From: Bispira polyomma
Lineage: Eukaryota
NCBI GenBank assembly: GCA_965649765.1
Contig: OZ287753.1
Location: 46,996,001-47,060,000, forward strand
Direction of reading: 5' to 3'
Length of the DNA stretch: 64,000 bases
Shown: piece after piece, positions 12,852-25,655 of the stretch
Numbering within the stretch: the first letter of the stretch is position 1
How the letters are laid out: each line of letters starts with the position of its first letter
Position numbers and translations under genes: made by a program
Notes under the pieces: model-generated
What the model saw: only the letters and a program-made list of their open reading frames with translations
Told to the model about the DNA's origin: nothing
Database searches by the model: none

Positions 12852-12940
12852 CTTTGAGAAAGAAGAGTTACTGGATGACGCCACAAAGATGACAGCAGCT
12901 CTGATCGCCCAGGAGAGTGTGGCAGCCGAGACTGGTAGAG
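12852..12940 (+). CDS. Peroxidase exon 3 (FEKEELLDDATKM...ETGR)
   Basis: ttaacag acceptor, GAG|GTATGT donor. Open only with phase-2 entry. Confidence 0.65.
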
Positions 12941-14465
12941 GTATGTACACAATTAGTGGTCAGAAGTAAACTAGTCTAGTGTAGTATAGGTGTGTACACA
13001 ATAACTGTGGCTGTAAGGGGTCAGAAGTAAAGTGGTCTAGTGGAGTACAGGTAGGTATACAATAACTGTGACTGTATGGAGTCAGAAGTAAAGTGGTCTA
13101 GTGTAGTACAGGTAGGTATACAATAATTGTGGTTGTATGAGGTGAAAAGTAAAGTGGCCTAGTGTAGTACAGGTAGGTATACAATAATTGTGGATGTATG
13201 AAGTCAGAAGTAAAGTGGTCTAGTGTAGTACAGGTGGGTATACAATAATTGTGGTTGTATGAGGTCAAAAGTAAAGTGGCCTAGTGTAGTACAGGTAGGT
13301 ATACAATAATTGTGGATGTATGAAGTCAGAAGTAAAGTGGTCTAGTGTACTACAGGTATGTATACAATAACTGTGGTTGTATGTGGTCAGAAGTAAAGCG
13401 GTCTAGTGTAGTACAGGTAATTGTAATTAGACTTTTATTGCGTTTAATCTCCCCTTAACAAAGGGGACTCTAAGGCGCACCAGCACAAAAGACAGTTATC
13501 CAATTTCCAAAATCAAGGGACAGAAAAAGGGTCAGCAACATAGAGCGCGCCGGGGGATGATTGAGACTAAGGTGGATATGCTTTAGTGTACAAGTGGGTT
13601 TTAAGCTTCTTTATAAAACAGGCTAGTGAGGGGGAAGCACGAATCACATCAGGAAGACCATTCCAAACAATGGGAGCATCAAAAGCAAAGCTGTGACCAA
13701 ACTGTTTTACCGACCTTTGAGTAGATGGGTGGAACTTCGGAACAACAAGGAAATTACTACCACTAGGTAGATATGCAATAACTGTGGGGTCAGAAGTAAA
13801 GTGGTCTAGTGTAGTACAGGTAGGTATGCAATAACTGGTTGTATGAGGTCAGAAGTAAAGTGGTCTAGTGTAGTACAGGTAGGTATACAATAACTGACTG
13901 TATGGGGTCAGAAGTAAAGTGGTCTAGTGTAGTACAGGTGTGTACACAATAACTGACTGTATGAAGTCAGAAGTAAAGTGGTCTAGTGTAGTAAAGGTGG
14001 GTATACAATAATTGTGGTTGTATGAGGTCAAAAGTAAAGTGGCCTAGTGTAGTACAGGTAGGTATACAATAATTGTGGATGTATGAAGTCAGAAGTAAAG
14101 TGGTCTAGTGTACTACAGGTATGTATACAATAACTGTGGTTGTATGAGGTCAGAAGTAAAGCGGTCTAGTGTAGTACAGGTAGATGTGCAATAACTGTGG
14201 AGTCAGAAGTAAAGTGGTCTAGTGTAGTACAGGTAGGTATGCAATAACTGTGGTTGTATGAGGTCAGAAGTGGTCTAGTGTAGTACAGGTAGATATGCAA
14301 TAACTCTGGGGTCAGAAGTAAAGTGGTCTAGTGTAGTACAGGTATGTATGCAATAACTGTGGTTGTATGAGGTCAGAAGTAAAGTGGTCTAGTGTAGTAC
14401 AGGTATGTATACAATAACTGTGGTTGTATGGAGTCAGAAGTAAAGTGGTCCAATCTGGTACAAGT
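12941..14465 (+). repeat. About 61-bp tandem array (about 20 units) starting at the exon 3 donor
   Basis: Unit gtaggtatacaataactgtggttgtatgaggtcagaagtaaagtggtctagtgtagtacag. Confidence 0.97.
13420..13764 (-). mobile_element. 5'-truncated L2/CR1-type LINE 3' end inserted in the array
   Basis: Reverse complement encodes FGHSFAFDAPIVWNGLP...FIKKLKTHLY. AGGTA duplicated at 13415-19 and 13765-69. Confidence 0.85.
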
Positions 14466-15281
14466 AGTGTTGAATGATTTTGTAAGGTTAGTAGTAACTT
14501 TAAGATGTGCATAATATTGTGGTGACTAAAGTAAAACTGAAAATAAAATTTAATATTGCCACTAATGTGTTCCTAATATGAGAGGTCAGTGTCGATATTG
14601 GACTTTTCACATAACAACTTAAGTTCACCGTATGTAGAACTACAACCAAACACATAGTTTGAAATTACGGTAGTGTAAAACTTTAAAAATAAGTAATGTG
14701 AAAGGGTCCTTCAAGATTTCCTTGGTCTACTAGGGATACCACATGTTGTAAATGCTAATCATATTATATATTATTATATACCAGCTACATAATTGAACAC
14801 CTAAAATAGAAATCATTCCAGCATAGATATAACAAAAGTTCGTTTAAAGAAACTAACTTCACAATTTTCAGCTGTTTAGCAGCCAGTTGAGTAGATTACC
14901 TGTTGGTGAACGTCAGGGCCATGGGAAATTCCAAATTTGTATGTGCTTTTATCTTTACACACGTCCAGATTGATGAAAAAAGTTTGGCGAAAAATCTCTT
15001 ATAGTCAGGGTAGCACTCTCGCTTAGAAGACCTGGGCCTAATCCTAATCTGGTCAGACTAGCTATAGACAGACATTGGGACTTGTATCTAGTGATAGGCT
15101 GTAGATAAATGGTCACCCTGAAGCATAGACAAGAAACAACTATTTTCTGCTTGAGGAGTGAAATCCCCTTTATTGAGTAACTTAAGGGAAACCAATAATA
15201 CAATGTACAGTCTTAAAATCATGTTATTAAATCTGCTATAAACCCAAATTTAAAGCCTATCATACTTTTATTTCTGTACAG

Positions 15282-15411
15282 TTAATGAAGCCACCCAAAA
15301 ACTGCTGCAATTTCTGTCCACCAACCCCCGGATTAAGAGAGCTGGACTGGCAGCCAGCACCCAGCTAGAGACCATCAAGTCTTACAGGAACGAGTGGCTC
15401 CAGAAAAGAGG
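15282..15411 (+). CDS. Peroxidase exon 4 (VNEATQKLL...WLQKRG)
   Basis: gtacag acceptor, GG|GTAAGG donor, phases 1/2. Confidence 0.75.
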
Positions 15412-16156
15412 GTAAGGGAGCTTAGAACTACCCTATAAGTGGTTATAATCAGAAGTAATAGCTTGAAACATTTACACAGGTGAAAGACAAATTTAAAGCT
15501 GGGAGGTACTTTTATCTTTCAAGAAAATTTGAGATGCAATCAATTGTAGTTATGTGCATAATTATAATTATTACAGATTACATGCCCAACATTCAATTTG
15601 TCAGACAAAAGTTGGGATTATGCAAAGATTAATACATTTCGGCACATATCTGTACCAAGCATTGGAGTTAACCGGTATGATGAATTTATAAGGCTACACG
15701 GAGGGATTTTCAATCCGATTTTATCTTGGCAACTGATATGATACGATGGATTTTAAACACGCCTAATTGATGCCAGGCATCTTTTAAAGTGCAACATCAT
15801 TGACAATGTTGTAAACATTGTACTCGGTTGCAATGCAAATTTGTGATTGGGGATTGCAATTGAGAATGTCCCAGTGGTTAGGAAGTTGGTCTTGGAAGGT
15901 TTCCCATAAGACTCCTGGTAACACCATAGTGGTTGTTAGGGGAGAACATCTTTTGCCAAAATGTTAATATGCCATTGCCTACTTTTGATGCTCAATTGGC
16001 TATAAATTAGGATAACGATTAATAGTTTATTGGTTCTAATGTTGTGCTTCAAATAATGCCCAGTTCCATATGGCACATTAAAATCTTAACAACTGTAGTG
16101 TTAGTGCCTGATCTGTACATTGTTAATCTTTAATACCACCTTCTCTTCCTATGTAG

Positions 16157-16420
16157 ACATCTGGAGGAGGAGGCAGACTTCTGGACTGAGATGAAGAGAC
16201 ATAGGTTCAAGCTTTCTTAAGGAGAACCCTGAGGTTGTTAGCCCAGATACCAGGCAGACCATCTTTGACCCGTATACATGTCCATTCCCCAAGGTGGCCT
16301 GTGACAGGAAGGTGAAGTACCGCACCATTGATGGCACCTGTAACAATCAGGGGGCAGACAAGGAGGCTTGGGGCAGTAGTAACAGGGCACAGGCCAGGTT
16401 ACTTGAGCCTGTGTATGATG
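16157..16420 (+). CDS. Peroxidase exon 5 (HLEEEADFWTEM, frameshift, DIGSSF...YRTIDGTCNN...WGS...RLLEPVYD)
   Basis: Start of the peroxidase domain. G|GTGAGT donor. Internal +1 frameshift near 16195. Confidence 0.85.
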
Positions 16421-16692
16421 GTGAGTTAGAACATAGTATGCCAGGGGTCACAGTTAAACCTGTAATGATTGTACAAGATACATATTCAGCTCTGAGGAAG
16501 TTCAGTTGTTGGCCCATTGTCAGATAATATACTGTAATTTATGTAATCAAAGCTCCAACATTATTTTAACATTGTCAAGACTGGCTGAAGCTTACGCCAG
16601 ATTTTACTATTTTGTATGTGTTAGTTTCAAGATCAGTCATATTCTTAAATTATCATGTCATCTGTTAAAGGATCAACAGGAAATCCAATGTA

Positions 16693-17448
16693 CACTGGTC
16701 AAAATTGAATAGGACTCAGACATATAAATGTTGGTAATTTCAAAAGTTTGGAGAACTTCAATTATTTTGATATGCATTTGTATAAACACATCTATTATTC
16801 ATTTTTAATTTTTGCAGCTTTTACCAAAACAAAATTATTTAAGGAATTACCAACCAAAGAATGTGATGGGCGAGAAATTCAAAGTCACAAGCAGACAGAT
16901 TTACAGATGTCAGGAAAACAAAAGTTGTCTTTAATTTGCCAATTTATTGAAAAATTACTTTTTTATAGTGGGTTCTACTCTTATTCAGGTTTATGCACTG
17001 TCTTTGAATAGTCACAACAGTATTCCAGAATACTTGCTTTTCCCAGTTTTTCCACTCTTTCTGAGGGCCTGGATCTGCATGGGCACATTGGAACAGGTGG
17101 ATTATGATCTGGAACACTCTTGTGATTATGCAAAGACATTGTACTGAGTTTATTGACCTAAATGGGGTGCAACCCACTATTAATACTTATTTTTTCAATC
17201 AATTGGCAAATGAAAGACAACTTTCATTTTTTTGACATCTGTTTTCCTGTGTTTGTGACTTTGGATTTCTCGCCCATCACATTCTTTGCTTGGTAATTCC
17301 TTAAAGAATTTTTTGGGAGGAAGCAACAATAGATTAAAAAAAGGACAATAGATGTGTTTATACAAATACATATCAAAATAAATAAAATTCTCCACAATTT
17401 TGAAATTAGCAACATTTATGTCGGAGTCCTATTCTATTTTGACCAGTG
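16693..17448. mobile_element. Tc1/mariner-like fold-back MITE with about 255-bp TIRs
   Basis: TA|cactggtcaaaattgaataggac... versus ...gtcctattctattttgaccagtg|TG. Confidence 0.85.
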
Positions 17449-17455
17449 TGGTAAG

Positions 17456-17585
17456 GACCACACATCTGCCTATGGTGACCACACATCTGCCTATGGTGAC
17501 CACACATCTGCCTGTGGTGACCACACATCTGCCTGTGGTGACCACACATCTGCCTGTGGTGACCACACATCTGCCTGTGGTGACC
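17456..17585 (+). repeat. 21-bp tandem repeat x6
   Basis: Unit gaccacacatctgcct(a/g)tggt. Confidence 0.95.
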
Positions 17586-17682
17586 TGTATCTGTATATTC
17601 TATGACTTGTACAGCTTCAGATCTGTATATGCTGTTATGGTAGGGTAACGTTTCACTTCTGTATAGTATGTTGTTCGGGAAG

Positions 17683-17859
17683 GTGTGGACTCCCCCAGGA
17701 TAGCTGCTGATGGAGGTAGCCTCAGTAGGACCCTGTTTGACATGGATACGAAGTCCAGTGGACTCTACACTGTACTTAACATGGTCTTTGGTCAGTTGCT
17801 GGACCATGACATCAGCCACAGCCCTGTTTCTGCCTTGGCAACCAATCTGGATACACTGG
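17683..17859 (+). CDS. Peroxidase exon 6 (GVDSPR...FGQLLDHDISHSP), distal His
   Basis: Motif match and G|GTAAGT donor. The acceptor position is uncertain. Confidence 0.85.
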
Positions 17860-20800
17860 GTAAGTGGGTGTGCATGGTATGAATGCTGGGGGAGGGCATG
17901 TGTGCCAAAACACTAATTATTCATATGTCTATGTTAAACTTCTATAGCGTCCCAATTGATGTCTAGATATCAGTGGAACACATCCCACTCAAGATCCTAC
18001 AAAAATAGCCTGATAGAAGGACTAGATTGGTGAACAGACTTCCTGTAACCAGGAGACGTATGTCATGGCGGCCGAGCGAGTTGTTACAAATAGGTTGGGA
18101 GTTATTCTTAGGAAAGCCTGCTATATTTGTGTTGGTATTGATACTGAGAGGGAGACTATTCCATTTAGACGAGGTGATGCAACTTTAATTAATGTAGAAC
18201 TTACTAGTGTATTTGGTAATATGTCAGAGGTGCAAAACTGATTTTCCTCTTGAGATTGCGGATATATATCATGGGTAATAAGTAAGCTAGCTGTTGAACA
18301 TGAACAGTGAGGACATTAATTTAAAATTAAAAACGGAACTCAATTGGTAACCAGTGGTGTTTTTAAGCAGAGTGGTATTTGTGAGCCATGACCAGCTTGA
18401 TATTGATCTTAACAAATTATATTTAAGCTATTCTTCAGCAGTACTTTCTTGCAATATCTGAATTAATTATTTGCAAGATGTTGTCAACATAATCTTTCTG
18501 TGACCTTGTTCCTATCAGGACTCGTACAAAAATGTGTCTAAAATTGATACATATACACTGACACTTAATCATTTACATGTTTTTCACAAAGTAAAGCTTT
18601 TTATCAAGATGTTTACATTGTAGATTACGCGACAGAGAAAATCGAATCGTGAGGACAGCACTTTCTACTATCTCCTTGTATCATTTTTACTTCATTTTTC
18701 GTACTTATTTCGTATTTATTTTATTTGTTTGTTAAATACTTTTAGTACTTTAGTCTACTAATTACCACATTTTTCCTTATATATTTCATCGCTTTAACGG
18801 ACTTGGTCAAGAGATAGATATACAAGGAAAAGCATGGGTTTGCCAATATATATATATATATACAATATAATGTATATACACTATACTGACGGGATATATA
18901 TAATTTCTATGTAATTGCTTCTAACTTGCGAGAACACACGCCTTCTAACTATAGTTAGACCACTAGATGGCGCCATACTACAGTGTTTTTTTTTGTAAAC
19001 AAGAAGACCTCAAACAGAAGATAGACGAAATTTTCAAAATGAGGTGTAAGAAGTGGCAAATAGAAACCAAATTGCCTTTATTCAATAAAAATATTAATAT
19101 TATATAAAAGTTTGATAAAATAATCACATCATATGCACATATAGTTGCTTTAATCCGTTAAAATTTCGATAGTTTGCGAGACTTCCATTAGCTTTCAAAA
19201 CCGCCATATTTGTTGTCATTAAACACGTGTAAACAGATGATCAAAGATGGCCACTGGCCTCATATTGTGATTGGCTGAAAATCTGGGCGGTTTCCAATGC
19301 GCTTGCGCAGTAACTGAAGTGTATCAGGTTAAAGGTCAGACCTCTCAGAAATGGCTACAATTTTTAATCCTCCAATCAAAAACTCGCCCCTTCTTCCCCT
19401 CTTCCCCTATCTGTGTACTCCTCTAAGAGTATATAGATACTCGAGTGACCATTTGACAACTTCAAAGTAATGCTGTGTGTAGCGAAATGCTTTATTATTG
19501 TGGTTATATACGCAGATATACTTTACTCGCATATTCAAACTACAATATACTTGGATATCCATCTTCAAGGCGATATAAGGTAGGAAATATTGTATATACA
19601 ATTCGCCATTTTTTTTAAATACATATTTAAACTACAATCTATTTGATCATATTGGAAGTAAACAACTATACGTATCTTATATACCATGGAGGATCCGACG
19701 TCTATATTAGAAGGAAGCAATTAATGAAACTTCCCAATGGCTTTGATCTTTGACTGGGAACATATATTAGTGTAAGATATTTAAAGGATAGTTTTTCGTG
19801 TTCTTTTTGTGAATGAAAGTTGAGTATGTGGTTCAAATGCATATATACTTCATTTTATTTTCAAATCGTTTAGTTTCATAATATTTCTTTAATTGAATCA
19901 CGGATTCTTCTATTTTGGGGGAATTGCTTTATTATTATGTTGTGTATATATATTATTTGTTTTATAACAATTTATTTTTTAATATAATTAACTAAATAAC
20001 CCTGCCTCCTTGTACACCATTTCTACTCTTCAAATATAAACTCACAGGAAGTAATATAAAAAAAATGGCAAATGGCAAAATGCTTTATTATTATTAAAAG
20101 ATTTCAATTAGAATAGTTTGGGCTCGCTCTGCCAGAAGTTAACACACTATGGTTTGTGTTAAATTCTTTCATTGTCGCTCATATACACATGCTTTAAATA
20201 ATAAAAAATATATAAGGATTTCGTGTGTACTTTGGGTACTTCCTGGAAACTCGCCCCATCTGTGTACTTCAAAGCAATGCTGTGTATATAGCAAGTATTG
20301 TCACAACACGTGCCTTTTTCTGGACATTTCGGAACACAAGAAATTAAGATAAACTCTTTATTTTGTCAGACAAATACATTTAGCATTTCTAGAATTTATC
20401 TTTATAATAATCCCTTCAATTTGCTTTTCAAATGAAAACGTATGTTGGAAAATTTGAAGCATAGAAATGGTATGCAACGACCCACGGATTATTATTATTC
20501 AAAAAGTAAAAATTAAATTGCAAAAATGTAAGATACATTTTTTTTGTCATACAAATACAATAAATTTCTAAAATTTACCTTGTGTCTTACTAATTCATTC
20601 AATTTGCTTTTCAAATGTCCACGTGCTTCCCAACTGCGCAATATTTATTATTATAAAGCGTCACGTGTTTGTGGTTAGCCAATTAGAATCACTGATACAG
20701 TAACCAATAAAATCGCTTCATACAGACATTAGGGTGAGCAAAAATATAAGATGTTTTGTACAAACGAGTTGGGTAATACTACTCCCATCTTCGCAACCAG

Positions 20801-21013
20801 TGACTAGTCCACTATTTTCGTACTCTTTAGCAATCTTCCATCTTGATATGTGGTGACCACTGTCACCACTATTTTCCTTGTTATTGGTTGTAATAGTCCA
20901 TAGAATGAATTATTACCGTTTTGCCACATAGTTGCAATATTTAGGTGTATTATTAGTACTAGTAAAAGAGCAGTGGTATAAACACCGTCTTTATATGTGA
21001 ACTCTTTTTACAG

Positions 21014-21187
21014 AAAATGCCACCATTAATTGTGGTCTGCATGGCTGTGACACGTATGATGGGATGGATTTGTTCAAAAAGGACTGTTTCCCTATCACCT
21101 TCCCACCAAATTATATGTATGCAGAGGGCAGGCAGTGTATGGCCTTTGTGAGATCTCAGGCTTACCTCAACTCTAACTGTGACCTCA
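21014..21187 (+). CDS. Peroxidase exon 7 (CFPI...CMAFVRS)
   Basis: tttacag acceptor, A|GTAAGA donor, phase 1/1. Confidence 0.9.
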
Positions 21188-21627
21188 GTAAGATTAAATG
21201 TTTTAACATAGCTATGTGTACACTTTAAATAAAGTTTGCAAAACAAAAACAGAATGTATAGTGTAGTGGGTTATGGTATTGTAATGCTTTAAATTAATAT
21301 ACTCTTGTATAGTGCAAGTATGTGAAGGTGACCACCATGCTAACAATGGTCGACGTCAAATTCACATGGTTTTCTTAGTATTGACAAGAAAAAAAAATAA
21401 TATACATAAAATGCTAGTAACTCATGGAGGAATCTGTGATCTTTGGTATTTGTATAATTAAGATCAGAATTATAACGAAATAAATCTATAAGCAGCCATA
21501 ACTTTGACGTAATTGTGAGTATTCTGGGTATGTTGTGTTGGGTGTTTGGATATGTGATTTTAGACGTGTAGTATGTTAGTATAGTAAGCTCTAGTGTTCT
21601 GTAGTGTGGTGGTGTTTGTGTTGGTAG

Positions 21628-21729
21628 AACCCAGACAACAGGCAAACTCCATCACCTCTTGGTTAGATGTGTTCATGGTCTATGGCAGTACAAGGACAAG
21701 ACATAGCCAATTAGTAGATACTGCTACAG
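21628..21729 (+). CDS. Peroxidase exon 8 (RQQANSITSWLDVFMVYGS; Ca-binding loop)
   Basis: tag acceptor, G|GTAAGT donor, phase 1/1. Confidence 0.9.
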
Positions 21730-22682
21730 GTAAGTCATGCTCTTCAGCATTTTGTGATGTATAACTTCTATATCGTTACCATAATGTCCAGGCATCCTCA
21801 TTAACGGACACTAATCCAGATCCAACAAACTGTAGTCTGACAGAAAGAAACAGGTGTATGATCATAGTCCAGTGGAAATCGACAGATGTATGTCCAATAA
21901 GTTTTGTCCAAAGATGCTGCAATGAAATCCTAGTGACAGCTGGTCCATACTTGATAGATTTTGTTAACTGAACCACTACAGTCTGAATGTTTTCTGATTC
22001 TGCACATAAAGTAGAAAAGTACTGTGCAGTTTAGATTTGTAATGTTTGTTATTAGAGTTTGGCAAATTCATTTCAAAATTGAGAAGAAAGAATCGACACT
22101 TGCTTTATGAATTGTTTTGTATAAAAAAAGACTTAATATTTCCACAATGTTCCAAATAAATTGTTTTGTAGTGTATTCAAATTATTAGTAAACACATTCA
22201 TCTACATTTTTCTGGTGTTAAAAGTGATATTTACCAAACTACAGTCAACCAGTATTTGTGAATCCCCTAACTAAAGATAGGCTTCAAGATGGCAATTTAT
22301 CAACCGGTTCTTCATTTAGCCTGTTTGGATAGAATCCTAGGATAGAGGACCAGTGTTTTAAGTTATCAACTGAGTCACTGTATAATTGCCTGTACCTGGT
22401 TGCCTCAGGCTGTGATTGAACCCATGTACTCTGTTTCTAAGCGAGCATTACCCAATATGTCAGCTAATTGTTACACAAGTCCAAAATACACTTTAGATAG
22501 TTTTAAAATAATTTTGCTAAAATCTGGATAGTTACCTGAAGTTGTTTATCCAGCTCCCTCACTATAGTTTAAAATTCACTGCAAAACGTGTTTGTTTGAA
22601 TACCTTATTATACTATGACATCAGCCCATGTCACTGTAGAATTATATAACTTTGAATTGTTTTACCTTTGGAATCTAAACAG

Positions 22683-22796
22683 GAGAAATGGTGATGATGC
22701 CTCATCCAATTGTTTCGTTTCAAAAGCCATTGTTGCCACCAAGTACAGGGGCTAGGTGTAGAGGACTGACCGATGTGATTCAATGTTTCCTTGCAG
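22683..22796 (+). CDS. Peroxidase exon 9 (...LLPP...CFLAG)
   Basis: cag acceptor, G|GTAAAG donor, phase 1/1. Confidence 0.88.
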
Positions 22797-22977
22797 GTAA
22801 AGTTATTTATAATGTACAGGTGTGAACAGATGTATCCAAACTTAGAAATCTTTTTGTAATATCCTAAATACATGTGTGAAGCATGGGTTGGAATAATGTG
22901 CAAGTGTATTCCTGGATTACCAGTATGAGTTCTAGTGTACTATACAGTTGTGATGAGGAGTTTCTGTACATGGTAAG

Positions 22978-23270
22978 TAGGATCTAGAGCTGATTAGGTT
23001 TTGGAGGGTATCTAGCAACAACTGTTGGCATGGCAACGCTTTTAAGATTTTGGGTCTTAAACATTGTGGGTGTTCCACAGGCTAAACCCATGCATAGATT
23101 TTCACAAATTTTTCAGGATACGTTTACCCCAAGAGGATCTAGAGCTGATTAGGATTTAGGGGTATCTGGCAACAATTGTTACCATTGCAACACTTATAAG
23201 ATTTTGGGCTCCTCAACTTTGTGGGTGTTGCACAGCCTAAAACGATCTATGGATTTTCACTAAATTTTTA
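22978..23270 (+). repeat. About 155-bp direct repeat x2, probably internal to a non-autonomous DNA element
   Basis: aggatctagagctgattagg...gattttcac at about 22978 and 23133. Confidence 0.7.
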
Positions 23271-23722
23271 TGATAGGTTTGAGTTTTGTATACTTCTAAC
23301 TTTTTAACTTATTCCTTATATTTTACCAAATCTCAATGTTGTTGCCCATTTAGTTGTATCTGAGGGCTGGGGTACCTGCCTGCCGAGGCTGGCTATTTTT
23401 CACAATTGTACTTCTGTAAACGATGTATATTTAGCAACTAATCAACTGTATGAAATTTTAATTTTATACGTTAGGCCTGGAAAATTTACTTTTGGTGTTT
23501 TGTATTAGGTAGTTGTGTATAAAAGGATCAAGGTTTTTACCCAAGCCTCTATATGAACCATGAGGTATTGTTTTGACCTGGGTCATCCGGGTGGGCAGGT
23601 AATAACTGCCATAGTTCATATACAAATATTTTTGAGGGGCACTAGGTGTACAAGGTGTGATTTCATCTAAAGGCTGTTGGGTTTTGGCATCTCTGATACT
23701 ATTTTGAAGTTTGTGTTTACAG

Positions 23723-23865
23723 GAGATGTACGTCAAAATGAGCAGGTTGCCCTCACTGCCATGCATACCGTGTTTTCTCGAAAGCATAACCACATTCTGG
23801 AGCAACTGAAGAGTGCCTATGCATCTGCTGGTGTTACTGCACCTAACACGGACACATTATTTCAG
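23723..23865 (+). CDS. Peroxidase exon 10 (GDVRQNEQVALTAMHTVFSRKHN...LFQ)
   Basis: Motif match, phases 1/0. Confidence 0.92.
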
Positions 23866-24580
23866 GTAGTGTACATTACGCTCTGATTCCATGTATCAGG
23901 AGGCTATTTTTGATAGTGTACAGTACAGAAGTACAGGTGTCTGTACATCTGCCTCTTGCATATCTGCTATTATTATGAGTAAGCGGGACATTACCAGTAG
24001 ATCATAATTTCATAGTTTTACATATTAATCCAATGTTTATATCCATTAACAATCATTGAGTTGATACTGATAGATGTTAGGCTGTTAAATATCTAATGCC
24101 TTACCAAAGTGATTGTGCTAGTGTAGCTACAATGTAATTCTATCTCTGTCGCTGACGCACAATTATACCATAAGATGTACAGCTATTATCCAATGTAAGT
24201 ACTTCCACACAGTTAATTCATGTAAATTCTACATTACATCTAGTTTAAATGTTCCCCTACATCTATTTTTTACGTTGGATGTAAATGTATGTACAATTTG
24301 TGTCCTGCAATATTTCCTCCACTTATAAGGCCGTAGGAATAAGCTTAATAGCTATGCAGTAAAGTTTGCTGCTAAGTTTCTTTTACTTTACTGGCACCAC
24401 TGCATTTGTTTAATGACCTGCAATTAGAATTATTATTTATAAAGTAAACCCTACATTAATGAAAAATTAAATATTATTATGGGGCAAGCCCCTCAATGCC
24501 TAGTTAGAAACGTGAGGAGAATTGTGTCCTAAAAGTAGCCATAAATTGAATGTTTTCTGAGATGAGTGAAGTTTATTCAG

Positions 24581-24707
24581 GAGAGTAGGAAGATCCTGGG
24601 AGGTGTGTGGCAGCACATGGTATACAATGAATACCTGAGAGCACTGCTTGGACCAAAAATCATGGCTGAGTATCAACTAGAACCTCTGAAAGAGGGATTC
24701 TTTACCG
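24581..24707 (+). CDS. Peroxidase exon 11 (ESRKILGGVWQHMVYNEYLRALLG), GC donor
   Basis: Motif match. G|GCAAGT gives the required phase 1. Confidence 0.9.
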
Positions 24708-24831
24708 GCAAGTTATATCCACTCGTATCTATTATTCTAACGTCATAAGTTGACTTAACATAGGTTTATTTAAAAGAGTCGACAGTAATTTATAGAGCAT
24801 TTCGCTTTTAATATTGTCATTAAATATTTGT

Positions 24832-25562
24832 ATAAATTTGTGGTGGCTTGCCTTAACCATCTGAATTTGTAGACGCTTACGTTAACCATCTGAATTTGTA
24901 GTCGCTTACCTTAACCATCTGAATTTGTAGTCGCTTACCTTGTCCATATGAATTTGTAGTCGCTTACCTTGTCCATATGAATTTGTAGTCGCTTACCTTG
25001 TCCATATGAATTTGTAGTCGCTGACCTTGTCCGTATGAATTCGTAGTCGCTTACCTTGTCCGTATGAATTCGTAGTCGCTTACCTTGTCTGTATGAATTC
25101 GTAGTCGCTTACCTTGTCCGTATGAATTTGTAGTCGCTTATCTTGTCCGTATGAATTTTTTGTCGCTTATCTTGTTCGTATGAATTTTTAGTCGAATACC
25201 TTATCCGTATGAATTTGTAGTCGTTTGCCATATATGTATGAATTGGTAGTCATTTGCCTTATCGGCATGAATTTGTAGTGGCTTGCCTTGTCCGTAAGAA
25301 TTTGTAGTGGTTTGCCTTATCAGTATGAATTTGTAGTCGTTTGCCTTATCAGTATGAATTTGTAGTCGTTGGCCTTATCAGTATGAATTTGTAGTCATTT
25401 GCCTTATCAGTATGAATTTGTAGTCATTTGCCTTATCTGTATGAATTTGTAGGGGCTTGCCTTATCTGTATGAATTTGTAGTGGCTTGCCCTATCCGTAT
25501 GATTTTGTAGTCATTTGCCTTATCTGTATAATTTGTAGTGGCTTGCCTTACCCATATGAATT
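24832..25562 (+). repeat. 30-bp minisatellite, about 24 units
   Basis: Unit aatttgtagtcgcttaccttgtccgtatga and variants. Confidence 0.97.
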
Positions 25563-25655
25563 AGTACTCTCTTCTCTGCTTTTGATACTCCAATTACTCC
25601 TATAATATTTGAGTGCAGTACATTGTTTATAAATGCATCTTTTTACCACCGCCAG

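Noticed and set aside
16192-16194. In-frame TGA in peroxidase exon 5 as selenocysteine or readthrough
   Set aside because: It would need phase-1 entry, but exon 4 ends in phase 2. A 1-nt frameshift explains it more simply.
16748-17395. Two similar ORFs on opposite strands (MENF.YFDM...)
   Set aside because: They are simply the two arms of the MITE inverted repeat.
17354-17819. Overlapping repetitive ORFs
   Set aside because: Caused by the 21-bp array or by antisense reading of peroxidase exon 6.
20725-20808. Helitron-like 3' end (hairpin plus CTAGT)
   Set aside because: The hairpin is imperfect, and no matching 5' end or second copy is identifiable in the window.
17456-25562. 21-bp and 30-bp arrays as CRISPR arrays
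   Set aside because: They are head-to-tail repeats without unique spacers, there are no cas genes, and they lie in eukaryotic introns.
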